From Octopus vulgaris (Eukaryota): DNA of 64,000 nt. The translations under genes and the position numbers were made by a program. This document shows positions 12,136 through 24,550 of this stretch, piece after piece; within the stretch, counting starts at the first letter, position 1, and each line of letters opens with the position of its first letter. The stretch lies in contig OX597833.1 in assembly GCA_951406725.2 (NCBI GenBank), positions 37,758,001 to 37,822,000 on the forward strand, read 5' to 3'. The notes below the pieces were generated by a model. It saw nothing but the letters and a program-made list of their open reading frames with translations, was not told the DNA's origin and did not search any database.

Positions 12136-12524
12136 AGCAAATATCTTAAAATAGAAGGACACATAGGAGAATATAGTCCTAACTACACTATGTTTGAGAA
12201 AAGAGATTAGCCTGTCTTTGACCTTAGACCTGCTTGATCTAGATTAACCTGGAGTTAATAAAAAGCGAATAACTATATAAGAGTCAAGGTGGCAAGCTGG
12301 CAGAATCATTATTGAGAAGGGCAAAATGCGTCGTAGCATTTTGTCCATCTTTATGTTCTGAGTTTAAATTCTGCCAAGGTCATTTTTGTCTTTCATCCTT
12401 TTGTGGGGTCAATAAAATAAGTACCAGCTGAACACTTGAGTCGATGTAAGTCCTAAATTGCTGGCCTTGTGCCAAAATTTGAAACCAATAATTATATAGG
12501 TATCATGATTGTAATAAAACCAAC

Positions 12525-12668
12525 TTCTAATGCATTCTGTTTTTCTATTTTCTCTCTTTCTGCTGTTAGTTCCTTCTTCAGACTTGCCATTTTCTGCTGC
12601 ATTTCTTCTCTCATCTCTTTTTGTTTGGCACTAAGTTTCTCAGCAAAGTTTTTTCTCTCCTGTTTCTC
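12525..12668 (-). CDS. CEP164: CEP164-like coiled-coil exon (EKQERKNFAEKL...EKQNALE), phase 0-0
   Basis: tttcttag acceptor, GTTGGT donor, 144 nt. Confidence 0.85.
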
Positions 12669-13848
12669 CTAAGAAAGAAAAAGAGAAAACATGATATACA
12701 AATGAAAATGAACCATTGAGAAACTCTACCACTCTACATAGGCACAGGTTTGACTGTGTGGTAAGAATTTTGCTTCCCAACCAAATAGGTCTGGGTTCAG
12801 TCCTACTGCATGGCACCTTGGGCAATTGTCTTCTAACTATAGCCTTGGGTCGACCAAAGCCTTGTGAGTGGATTTGGTAGATAGAAACTGAAAGAAACTC
12901 ATCATATATATGCCAAAGCTAACCCTACCTGTGCTAGTGCCATGTAAAAAGTACTGAGTCCACTCTGTAGAGTGGTTGGTGTTAGGAAGAGCGTCTAGCC
13001 ATAAAAGTTCTTCTAAAACAGACACAGCATCCTGGGGTAGTCTTCTACCTTGCAAGCTCCTGTCAACTGTCCTACCCATGAATGCATGGAAAACAAACGT
13101 TAAACAGTGATGATGATACACACACACACACACACACACACATACATATGTGTGTGTGTGTGTGTCTGTCTGTTTGTCCCCTACATTGCTTGGCAAGTGG
13201 TGCTGGTGTGTTTACATCCCGTAATTTAGTGGTTCTACTAAAGCAATTGATAGAATAAGTACCAGGTTTTAAAAAATCAAAAGTACTAGGATTGATGCAA
13301 TTGACTAAAATTTCTCCAAGACAGTGCCCCCATATGGCCACAGTCAAGTAACTGAAACAAGTAAAAGATAAAACTAATTCTACATATGGCATGGAAGCAA
13401 ATAACCAAATATTTGAACATACCAAATATGTTGAACATACCAAAGTTTGCTTTCTTCTGAATATTAACTGTTAATATCACAACTTAATGAAACAAAATTA
13501 ACTTCATTCTTCTCCATTTCCATTAAATGTACACTCACTGTCTCTATTTCACACTTCATACATAACCCACATGTAGTCTGTGTTCTAAATAAATAAATTT
13601 TACATAATTTTTGTTCTACATATATAAGACCTACATAGATTATGTTCTACACACACACACACACATAAATATATGAAGTGTACAGTATTATATCTCCATT
13701 ATATAAGGCTGATTTTATCAATTGGTTTTGCACAAGGTGTTAAACTAAATGTTAAATAACAGTTCAACTGTGTAACCCTACACTCATCAGAGCTGGCAAT
13801 TATGGAGAAAATATGGTGACCGTTATATATGTATATGTGATGTGGTGT

Positions 13849-13880
<32 letters not shown>

Positions 13881-14288
13881 GAGTAGTTGACTAAATAATC
13901 TCCAATGATTTGTGAACTGTATATATAAACTTTATATAGTCTATATTCTACATATAAAATTTCATACTGACTGTGTTCTACATATAAAGCTAGAAATAGC
14001 AGCAGTTATAGTAATAACAGAGTAGCAGGGAAACTGATTTCTGACAAGGTCAGTCATTTTGGAAGGAAGGTATAGTCAATTAGATGAACCCTAGTATTTA
14101 TCTGGTACTTATTTCATCAAACCCAGAAGCAAGGAAAGCAAAGTTAACATCATGATGGGATTTGACATAGTGTTAACAAAAAACAAAATTTGATTATGAA
14201 TTTAAATTCATTACAACAGCTACATGGGCCACATGTAGCTTTTACAAGATTCTGAAGAGTAAGATTTAGTTTCAAATCTTTAGTTTAC

Positions 14289-14411
14289 CTTCTCTTTAAA
14301 GTCCTCTTTGAGCTTTTCAAGAAGTTTTTCATGTTTTGCCTCAATTTCTTTGGTTTCTGCTTGATGTTTCTCTTTCAGACTTTGGCGACGTTGTTGAAGA
14401 ATATCTTCAAG
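14289..14411 (-). CDS. CEP164: CEP164-like coiled-coil exon (LEDILQQRRQSLKEKHQ...KLKEDFKEK), phase 0-0
   Basis: cctacag acceptor, AAG|GTAAAC donor, 123 nt. 'ELEDILQQRRQ..EKH..H..LKEDFKEKE' resembles my recollection of human CEP164 'ELSSLLREKRQEVEGEH..EH..AREQYEAEE'. This comparison is from memory and needs BLAST. Confidence 0.9.
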
Positions 14412-15382
14412 CTGTAGGAGCAATGGAAGATTTCATAAGGTGAAAAATTGAACATATGTATGAATATATATGTACACATACACATGTGTGTGTGTATGTG
14501 CTTTTGCGTCTGTGCTTGTCCCCATATATACTGAGTGGAGGCGCATGTCTTAGTGGTTAGGATATCGGACTCATGAATGTAAGATTGTAGTTTCGATTTC
14601 CCAACTGGGCAACACATTGTCTTCTTGAGCTTCATTTCACATTGCGGCAGTCTATTCAGCTGTTGAAAATGAGTAATACTGTGATAGACTGGCGTCCCAT
14701 TCAGGTTGGGAATATATATGCTGTGAAACCGGGAAACTGGCCTTTATAAGTTGGCATGACTTGAGAGGGTAACTAGCTTTACCATACATACTGAGAGGTT
14801 GACTCAGTTCTACATTACCTACTATCATAGATACAGATGCATAGAGTCAGACTCTGACTCCATACATGTGAAGACATGCCAACAAAACTTTGAGTAATGA
14901 GCTGAATGAACCTGTAATTAAATACTTAAACTCTAACTACACATGTTGAGTGCTACTTTCTTTCATGTATATAAATTTATTTATTTAGATAGAAAAATAA
15001 TTATACAAATAAGGATACACATCACAGAATGACAAAATGGAACAAGCAGAACAAGAAGAATCACATGGGATAAAGTCATTGAATAAATCACAGAATGTGT
15101 AGTGAAAGAACTTTGACAAAGAAGCGAAAATAATAGTAATAAAGCTGAAGGGAAGAACAAATATATAATATATAATGCATGTGTTTAATTGACAAAGTGT
15201 GACCTTCGCCAAGTATAACAATATCTGTTTCAATACACTATTTTACATCAAGAATTTTACAACACAAATACATTAACATATATGTGTGTGTGTGTGTGTA
15301 TACACACACATACATATATAAATATATATATATACACATACATTTACTGATATATATATACACACATACATACATTTATATG

Positions 15383-15413
<31 letters not shown>

Positions 15414-15562
15414 CTGGAGTAAACACATAAATGTGAAACAAGGTGGAAAAAAGAGAACTCAAATACCAGAGGTAGAGTAATATGCTTTATTTAAAAGCAG
15501 CAGAAATTTAACAAAAGCTGTTACTCGGAGTTTCACGTTCCCGTTCGTCGGACAGTTTTTAA

Positions 15563-15606
<44 letters not shown>

Positions 15607-15768
15607 TTTATTGATAAGCTGCAAAAACATCACAAAAACTGTTTTTCAGAGCTTCATGTTCCCGAGTGCGATGTTTTTAAAGCTTTATTAATAAAGCATA
15701 TTACTCTACCTCTGGTATTCGAGTACTATTTTTTTACAACTTGTTTCACATTTATGTGCTTACTCTGG
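15414..15768. mobile_element. Small inverted element carrying the hammerhead (Penelope pLTR or retrozyme-like), embedded in (TA)n
   Basis: Arms 15414-15491 and 15690-15768 are reverse complements. 15606-15664 is a degenerate direct copy of 15485-15543. AATAAA follows the ribozyme. (TA)n lies on both flanks and in the centre. Confidence 0.6.
15513..15560 (-). ncRNA. Minimal type I hammerhead ribozyme motif (U4C core variant)
   Basis: Minus strand reads AAAAACTGT-CCGACGA-ACG GGAA CGT-GAA-ACTC C GAGT-A-ACAGCTTTT. This gives stem I (8/9 bp), core C(C)GANGA, a 3-bp stem II with tetraloop, GAAA, a near-palindromic stem III and a GUA cleavage triplet. Confidence 0.75.
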
Positions 15769-15858
15769 TATATATATATATAAGCACACACACACACATA
15801 CAGATATGGTATATAGAACAATAAATGGTATACACATAGAAACTGAAGTGTCACAAAC

Positions 15859-15978
15859 CTCACGGTTAAGATGTTCAACAGCATTTTGTTGTATTTTAGA
15901 CATTTTTATTTTCTCTGTTTCCATTATGCTACTTTCTTCATGCAAACTTTCTTGAGAATTTAGTGACTGCATTAACTC
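15859..15978 (-). CDS. CEP164: CEP164-like exon (ELMQSLNSQ...AVEHLNRE), phase 0-0
   Basis: ctgtag acceptor, GAG|GTTTGT donor, 120 nt. Confidence 0.85.
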
Positions 15979-17937
15979 CTACAGTTAAGTAGTAATAAAG
16001 TAGAAATAATTAACTTTTACAGTTCTCCACTCACTGACTCTATTCTGTTGGATGGATGTATGTATCTGTATACTGACTCAGCTCTATGTTCGCTAAGCTG
16101 CTTATTGTCCTCTGTGTATTTGTATATGATACAGCTAACATGATTTTTGCCAAAACATGTGTCAGACACCAAAAGTATATTTGGTCTTTTTAGTCCAAAC
16201 AATAACAGACTGAAATCCAATCTGTTGGATGGTAGAATTGGAAGAGTACTAGACAAAATACTTTGTGATATTTGGCTGCGTCTCTTTACATTCTGATTTC
16301 AGATCTTGCTTTCACTTTTCAGAGATCAATAAAAAATAAAGCAGTCAGGCTCACAATCATGAGGTAGTGAGTTTGATTCCTGAACCAGGCAGTGTGTTGT
16401 GTTCTTCAGCAAGACACTTTATTTCATATTGCTTCAGTTCTCTCAGTTGTAGAAATGAGCTGCAACATCACTGGTGCCAAGCTGTATGGGCCTTTGCCTT
16501 TCCCTTGGATAAGATCAGTGATGTGGAGAGGGTAGGCTGATATGCAAGGGTAACTGCTGGTCTTCCATAAACAAACTTGCCTGGACTTGTGCCTCAGAGA
16601 GGAACATTTTTGGTGTCATCCCATGTTCAGTCATGATTGAAGGGGGTCTTAACGCTTTACCCTAATTGATAAAATAAGCACTGGGATTAGTATAATTGAT
16701 TATACCCTAGAAGGGTGTGCCTCAGCTAGGCCACTGTCCAATGAATGAAACTATTTAAGAATAAAAATATATTGCATATTGCAGTTAAACTCTTGAGGTG
16801 ATCAGCCTTAACCGTCTTCCCTTTCTAGGACAAAAACATTGGGCTAACAGATTAGCTTAGTTATCTTGTAAGGGTCAAAAATTTAAGAAGCATAGAGTGG
16901 AGTAACTGTAAAATATTTTGTTAGTGTGCCTACATGACATTTACTTATTTCTGATTTGTTGAGTAACAAAACCCACTTTCCATTATTCCATTGTGTGGAG
17001 CTCATTAACAATAGGTTCCAATCAAAAACTTATCTAAACATGCCCATTGCTAAGGTAGGACACTACCCCTCACTATTCAATGGTGCACTCTCAAATTTAG
17101 AAAGTACAGTTTACAAAAATATTCCTGCAATATAAATTAGTGCCCACCCAGAATATTCTGAAGCACCCCCAGGCACCAAAGTCAGATAATGGGCCTGTAT
17201 CTAAAGCTTCAATGTCATTTCCATATATGGACATATTAGAATGTACAAATTTGAGTTAGTTGAGTAAAATTACTCATGAAACCTCATTTTCTTTGCCTAA
17301 ATAAATACATTATATTCATAGCTAAATCAGAAGGACATGCCCATAACATTTTCCTAAAAATCTGAGACTGATGGGAGAAAGTTAACTCCACAACTAGTGG
17401 TCTGGCTCAAATGCTCACAACAGAATGGCCTTTGTTAAATGTACCCAAAGGTTAGGTGGAAATGTTAAACTGGGCAATAGATCAAATATAATCCAATAAC
17501 AGAAACCCTCCTTCTGACAGACATCCATATGCCTTCATTCACAAGACTTTAATTTTATCCAAGTCTGTAACACAAGACACTTGCCCCCAAAGTGCTGTGC
17601 AGAAAAACTAAACCTGCCACTATTTAAATGCAAAATAGATTTTTTTAACCACATGGTTTTGCTTGCATCCATATACAGACATATTAAAGTGTACAAATTT
17701 GTGTTAATTGGGTAAGATTTGCAAGATTTCTATTTGCTTAGTTCTAGGAGGAGGTTTCCTATTCTCTATTTTAGGTTAGAATAACTGGTCATTTCTGTAA
17801 TAGTTGGTTTGAGTGAATTGGCTTGTAATTCATCTAACTGGACAATTATTACAACTGGTCACAATAACAAGGTTAGTTTCTTTTAATCCTAAGAAGCCAA
17901 CAAATGTGTCACTAAACCAACCAAACTCCAATCTTAC

Positions 17938-18043
17938 CTTTTGATTTAAGGTCTGCATAATTTTTTCTTTCTCTTTTTCATAAACATTTTGGTTTTCAGA
18001 TTTTAACTTGGACAGTTGGTCTTCAAGTTCCTCTTGTGCTGAT
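17938..18043 (-). CDS. CEP164: CEP164-like coiled-coil exon (SAQEELEDQLSK...MQTLNQK), phase 2-0
   Basis: ttgttaaag acceptor, AAG|GTAAGA donor, 106 nt. Confidence 0.88.
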
Positions 18044-19466
18044 CTTTAACAAACAATGACAAAAGAGAAATAAATTGATAAAATATAATGGTGTGTGTGT
18101 GTGCATGTGTGTGTGGTTAGTTATTTCAAGGAAGTTAAGTCCTCATTAGGGGTTATATAATCCAAAGTATTCCACTGGTTCAATCCATATCATATAATGG
18201 TAAAATCATTGCTGACATCCAGTTCACCTCATCTCCATATTTTCCTTTTATTCTTCTGGTATCAATAAAATGAGTACCAGTTGTATACTGGGTCAATATA
18301 ATTGACTATATCTCTTCTCTGGAATGAGTGGCGTTGTGCCTACATTAGAAATCAAAATTTGTGAAGCGAACATAGCAGGAACAAGTACTCCTCAATGAAA
18401 TGTCAGTTAGAAAGAAAGACTGGCTGTAAACAAGAAGAGCCACTGAACAGATAATGAGAGACAGAGAAAATACAGAGATCAAGTTTGATAGAATAAATAG
18501 AGGATGAAGAAAAAATTAAGTGACAATTATATTTGAAAATACTATACTGTATTGTAACTGTAAGTTACTAATAATAAGTTACAAACTGTAAGCTAGTAAG
18601 ATTGTCATTTTTTGAGGTCATTAAATTCCTCATTAAAAATAAAAAAGACTTTTCAATATTAGCACTAACTAAGGCAGTGAACTGACAAAATCGTTAGCAT
18701 GGCAGGCAAAATGCTTAGTGGTACTTCATCCGTTATTACATTCTGAGTTCAAATTCCACCAGGGTCGAGTTTACTTTTCATCCTTCCAAGTTTGATAAAA
18801 TAAGTACCAGTTGAGCACCGGGGTTTATGTGACTGAGTAACATGCTCCCCTGAAATTGCTGGCTTTGTACCAAAATTTGAAACCAATATTAGCACTAACT
18901 TTTGATTAGCAAGATTTCTAATCATTATCTGATATCCTATGGCAGGATCTGTAGATAGTACCAAACTGTAACCTTTATTTCTAAACTAAGAGTAATAATG
19001 TTTTTACTTCCATCAGTAGAAATGATAATTAGAGATGAAACCATCTGATATTTAGCATTTATACTAAAAATGGAAAGACAAAAAGATGTAAAACTTTTAA
19101 TATTTAAAGAGGTGAGGGCAGCAAGCTGGCTGAATCATTACTGCGCCAGGAAAAATGCTTACCAGCATTTAGTATGGCTTTATGTTCTGAATTCATATTC
19201 TGCCAAGGTGACTTTGCTTTCATCCATTTGGGGTCGATAAAATAGGTACCAGTTGAGCACAGAGTTTGATGAAATTGACTTTCTCCCTTCCCCAAAATTG
19301 TTGGCCTTGTGCCAAAATTTGAAACTAGTATTTAAAGAGGTGATTAATAGTCTAAAAATTATAATTTCATTAACGACTCATCCTAAACATTTAGAGATTC
19401 AATTAATTTAAAAGTTATGAAAACCAATTATAAGACATTAAATTACAACAAAAACTGAAGTCATAC

Positions 19467-19564
19467 TTGATCCTGTCTTCTTTATCTTGTTCAATTTTCT
19501 CAATTTCTTTAAGTTCTTCTTTCAGAAAGATTGCTTTGAGTTCCTTAACTTTGGTCTCTTTATT
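19467..19564 (-). CDS. CEP164: CEP164-like coiled-coil exon (NKETKVKELK...DKEDRIK), phase 0-2
   Basis: ttctag acceptor, GTATGA donor, 98 nt open frame. Confidence 0.88.
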
Positions 19565-20939
19565 CTAGAATGTAAACATGAACAGACATTACAATCTCAA
19601 CCACCATTCCATCTATTTCTACCATCAATACAAACTAGATTTCCCACTATTCCCCTGGGACCATACATATGTTAATTGATAATAGCCACAGCCTCCTGGC
19701 AGCCAACACTGGAAAATGGAAAATACTTAGACTAAAACATAATGTATAAAGACAAGCATTTAATATTTATCATATAAACAAATGATTGATCCTTCGTTGG
19801 TTTTAATGATAAGTAGTCAGTTGTTTCATCAACTGAACTACCTACTCACTGAATTAGCCAACTGACTATTCCAGAGGCACATGTACTTGTAATGTAATTT
19901 TCAGGATGAATCAAGGTGATACAACGGGACAAGGCTGCAATCCATCTACTGAATGATCAGATCACATATGTCTGCACATACATGAGAAGATACCAAGGAG
20001 ATGCATGAATCATAAAACTGCGATAATTTATACACATATCCAGACTTAGCTATAGTTGATATTCATTCCACGCAAGTCTGGCTAAATGACAAATGTTTTG
20101 ACTCCAGTCTTATGAGAAATTGATCATTTCCAAATCTGAAAATATCATCTTGCTCAAAACCAGCATGAAAGCTGAGGTTGAGTGTAATAATAAAAAAAAT
20201 AATATAATGGAAGCTGGTAATAATGATCACTTTAACAATAACATGAAGCAAAGGTTATAATATCTTGAGAAAGTTTGGAACCCACTAATTACACTGGGTA
20301 ACAAAATTTTAATTTTTGGTCAGTAAGTGTTAATTCCTATTTGCTTCTATCAAGAAATCAAAGGAAACGACAACTATTCTCTTTGAACTTTACTTTTGTG
20401 ACCTGGACATCAATGTGTTGAAACTGACCTATTTTCCATTACATTTCAGACAGATTCAGTACTGAGTTGCTGAAGTAGAAATATCGTTATAGCAAATATT
20501 CTGCTCAATACCACAAATTTCTCAGTCTGCTGCTTAACCATAACTACCTGAGCATGTCCCTTACTGGCTGACAATATGTGTATCTCTCATCATGAGCAGG
20601 AGTAGTGGAGAAGCATAATAGTCAAGTGTGGAGAAGGATTCTTTGGGTTTGAATAAATGTAACAAAAGCAAAGTTTGAAGGAAATATTAGCCATTTTTCA
20701 TACTTTCTAGGGGTAAGCAAATAGAAAATAACCATTGCCATCCAAGGACAAAAATCGTGTTACACAGTGTAATTATAACATTATTCATGATTATAATATG
20801 TGGTTTCCACTGCATTATGAAAAATATGATGTTGAACTAAAGTCCAACAACCGTGTTGAACAGTTTTAGTTTACATAAACACAAACATCTGGGCATCCAG
20901 ATAGGGACTTCATTGCAATTAGAACTTTCCCATTAATCT

Positions 20940-21710
20940 AAAACTCTTGTAGAATCCTCCTTCACATGTCCTGCAGTACACAGTCATATGTCTTTTCAAG
21001 GTCTACAAAGCAAATATGCACCTCTTGGCAATATTCCCACAATTTCTCAAAGACATTAGTGAACATCACTGAGGTAAGTGGAGAAGTTTAAGTATCTTTG
21101 GGTTGTGGGAGGCAGGAGGCTGAATTGGAGGCTAGAATGGCAAATGCTAGCACATTGCTGGGCCAGCTTCAGCATTTGATCGTCAAAAGAGGAGAGAGTG
21201 GCAAAATAGCCAAACTTGCCATCTTCAATTCGGTTTTCATGCCTATCCTCACTTGGGGTCATGAATGTTAGGTTTTTAGTTGAGATGTGTCAAATTTGTT
21301 GAAGCAACATGACTTGCAAGAAATAACAATTCTGTTTTTTTGGTCGATATTTAACATCATTGCTGGAATAAGCATGGAATTTAATTTTACAGTTAAAGTG
21401 TTAACAAGGATATCGTCATTGAAAGAGTGTGATCATGTACACAAGCAGATGAAATAGGGCTCCTTCAAAAGATTGCTGGAGCAATAATACTCAGTAGAGT
21501 TGGTAGCTTCAAGATCTGAGGATCAAGGACTCTTTTCAGGTTGAACCACTATTTTTCTCCATTGAGAGGTCACAGCTCTGGTACTATAGACATGTGGTCA
21601 GAATGTCACAGGAAAGGATTGCAGACAGATTCTTCAAGCTGAGCTAAGTAGCAGGAGATCTAGGGGTACAGCAAGAGCAAGATGGTTGGATGATATCCAT
21701 AGTCTAAGTT
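20940..21710. mobile_element. RTE-like LINE fragments in opposite orientations
   Basis: Minus-strand 'EKLWEYCQEVHICFVDLEKTYD' at 20985-21050 abuts plus-strand 'VEKFKYL' at ~21078 and later 3' remnants. Confidence 0.5.
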
Positions 21711-22353
21711 GGTCGGACTTAAGAATCCACCAGGAAAATGTAATGACAATAGCTTCTGATAGGACCCTGTGAAGGAGGTGCCGAATGACTCTATCCCAAT
21801 GACCCTCCCTGGAATAGTTAGTGGCCCAAATGGATGGATGGATTGATGGATATCGTTTAGTCCAAGGCCAAAACAACTGATTAGAGCTGTGATTAAAGGT
21901 ATTCCAGTCTTGACCATCATGTCTATTTTTCAGTTGTTGTGTATTTTGAATTACTTTATCTAATGTGTACTTCCTTTTGTAAGATGGTAAGGTAGAATTT
22001 GAGGAACATTTGGTTATTTTTAACAGGTCAAGCAAACATGTAGAGGGTCCCTCATTGATTTATTATAAAAAATAGTTATTTAGCCTCAAGTCAGATCTGA
22101 TCAACTGACCTTGACATTCCAGCCATGACCAATTCATCACTTTTATCAAACATAGTACACATTTGATTACATTATTTGATATGAAGGTGAATCAGAAAGT
22201 AATGCAAACAAAAATTGCATTACTTTCTAACTTACCCTTGTATGTCCTTTTTTAAAGATAGTGGAGCAGGGTTAAAGAAGAATTTTGGCTAAACAAGCAT
22301 TTAGATGCTCCGTAGTTGGCTCGTTATAAAAGTAATAATCAAAGCTGGTATAC

Positions 22354-22540
22354 CTCTCTTATTTCTTCTTTGGCTTTCTCAAGTTCTTTTTCATATTTTT
22401 CTCTGAGTTCTTTCAGTGATTTCTCATGTTTCTCTGCTATTTCTTGCTTCTTTGATTCTAAATCGGTTTCTGAACATTCCTCTGTTGTTTTCTTCATTTC
22501 TTCTGGAAGACTCATTTTTGAAGCTTCTTCAGAAGATAAC
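22354..22540 (-). CDS. CEP164: CEP164-like coiled-coil exon (LSSEEASK...EKELEKAKEEIRE), phase 2-0
   Basis: cctatag acceptor, GAG|GTATAC donor, 187 nt. E/K-rich heptad-like sequence. Confidence 0.9.
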
Positions 22541-23120
22541 CTATAGGAAGATGTAGCAGGTTGTTTAATTAAATATACTTAGGGAAAAAATGAGTGCAAG
22601 TGCAGAAATATTGCAACTACTGCAACAACCAATCGTAACAATGGATTCAAATTTTGGCCCAAGGCCAGTAATTTTAGGGGTTGGGGTGAGCCAAACAGAT
22701 TGACACCCCCCACCCGAGTTCAACTGGTAGTTATTTTATCAACCCTGAAAGGATGAAAGGCAAAGTTGACCCCAGTGGCATTTGAACTCAATGTAAAGAC
22801 AGACAAAATGCCACTAAGCATTTTATCCAACATGTGAACAATTCAGCCACCCTGCAACCTTTCAAACAATTATAATAATAATAAAAATACAAATCATAAC
22901 ACTAACTTTGGGCTCCTTTAATGAATTCTTCTCCTAAACTACCTTACCCTCTCATTCTCTCTTTTCCTTTCTTTTCCATTTATATACAACTGGCTTTTAT
23001 TTTTAAGGGTTCTCAACATACTAGGTCAAAGATACCTCAGTTAAAACTACATCTTGTCATGCCTTGTTTCTTCACTGCTCCCCTATAAGTGACACCTCTT
23101 CTGTTTTTTCATTAATATTC

Positions 23121-23393
23121 AGAGGTAGTATTTATCCCCCACAGTATAGTTTGTTGTGTTAAAACAAGCTATACTGCAGTAGATACAATGAGAGAAACTC
23201 TCATAAAAGCTTTTGGTGCAAAACGCATTCTTGTTTATATTGCTAGCAGGGATTTATCTCCCTCTACTAGTGATATAAAGAAGAGTGCATTTTGCACCAA
23301 AAGCTAATATAAGAGTTTCTCTCAAGGTATTTACTGCAGTATAGCTTATTCTAACAGAACATCCATGCTTAAGTGGGAATAAATATTACCTCT
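23121..23393. repeat. Fold-back palindrome (~130-bp arms, tiny loop), probable MITE
   Basis: Inverted pairs: agaggtagtatttat/ataaatattacctct, aagctatactgcagta/tactgcagtatagctt, gcttttggtgcaaaa/ttttgcaccaaaagc. Confidence 0.85.
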
Positions 23394-24550
23394 TGGTCTT
23401 AATACTGCCTCTGTTGTTAATAAATATTAATATTTAGATTTATTTGTATAGTTATTCTTGTTATTTAATCTCAAGTTAACCCTGAACCAGCAGACTTGTG
23501 ATCAAAATTGTTCTTATTCTGACCAACCCACCTATTTTTTTTATCAGAAGTAGTGTATCTAGTAGTATACTGTCCAATGTGCCCTTCCTTTATTTAACCC
23601 TTTTACTGCAGAAGTCAGATATGTCCACCCAAAATTTCATTACCTTTAACTGCAGAAAGCAGTTATATATACCATTCTATCTTTTGTTGAGGACTGTCAT
23701 GTTTGAAACTAAATAAATCAAATTTATTGAAGCAATGAGATTTGCAGAAAATAACAATTCTGTTTATTGGTAGATATTAAACATCATTACTAGAAGAAAC
23801 ATGAAATAAATTTCACAGTTAAAGAGGGTGTTGTTGTTGTTTAACCCCCAGATCAGCACAGACCTTTGAATGCATCGCAGCTGATCTTCCAACTGAATCA
23901 AAGTAACTATGTTTCCACTGGTTTGTCAATTGCTGGTACTATTTGTAGGTCACAATGCATGACAAGAAATGACATTATTATTATTTATTTTTCAATTCTG
24001 GTGACAAGATGCAGGACAGATACCACAAATCTTTGCCTTTGACACTGAAAATCAATTCTACCAAACCACTGCCTACACAGGCTCAAAAGGATGAAAAGCA
24101 AACATGATCTTGGTGGGGGAATTTTAACTCAGAGCCCACATAGTTAAAACAAATACCACAAGCCATTGTCTCTGACATACTAACATCTCTACCAGTTCCC
24201 CACTAAATCAAGCCAAGACCAAGCAGACCTAGGATTAGAACCGTTCCAGTCATGAGCATCCCATTTATATCTTCTCAGAGTGAGTGTATTTCGGACTACG
24301 TACATTATTCAATCTTCTTTTTTTATGATAGGAAATTGTGGTTTGAGGAAGATTTGGCTGCTATTTCTAGCAGGTTGAGTCACAATGTAGAGGTTTGTGC
24401 CACTGCTATAGCATGTTGTAATCTACTTGCCATACAATATATTTTTGCTTATTCAGATATAATTGTATTAACAGCATTTTTGAGAGGAAGCACAACACAT
24501 GTGACCCTTCACAGGGTCCTTGAGATTGATGGGAGGAAGGGAAGAATTTA

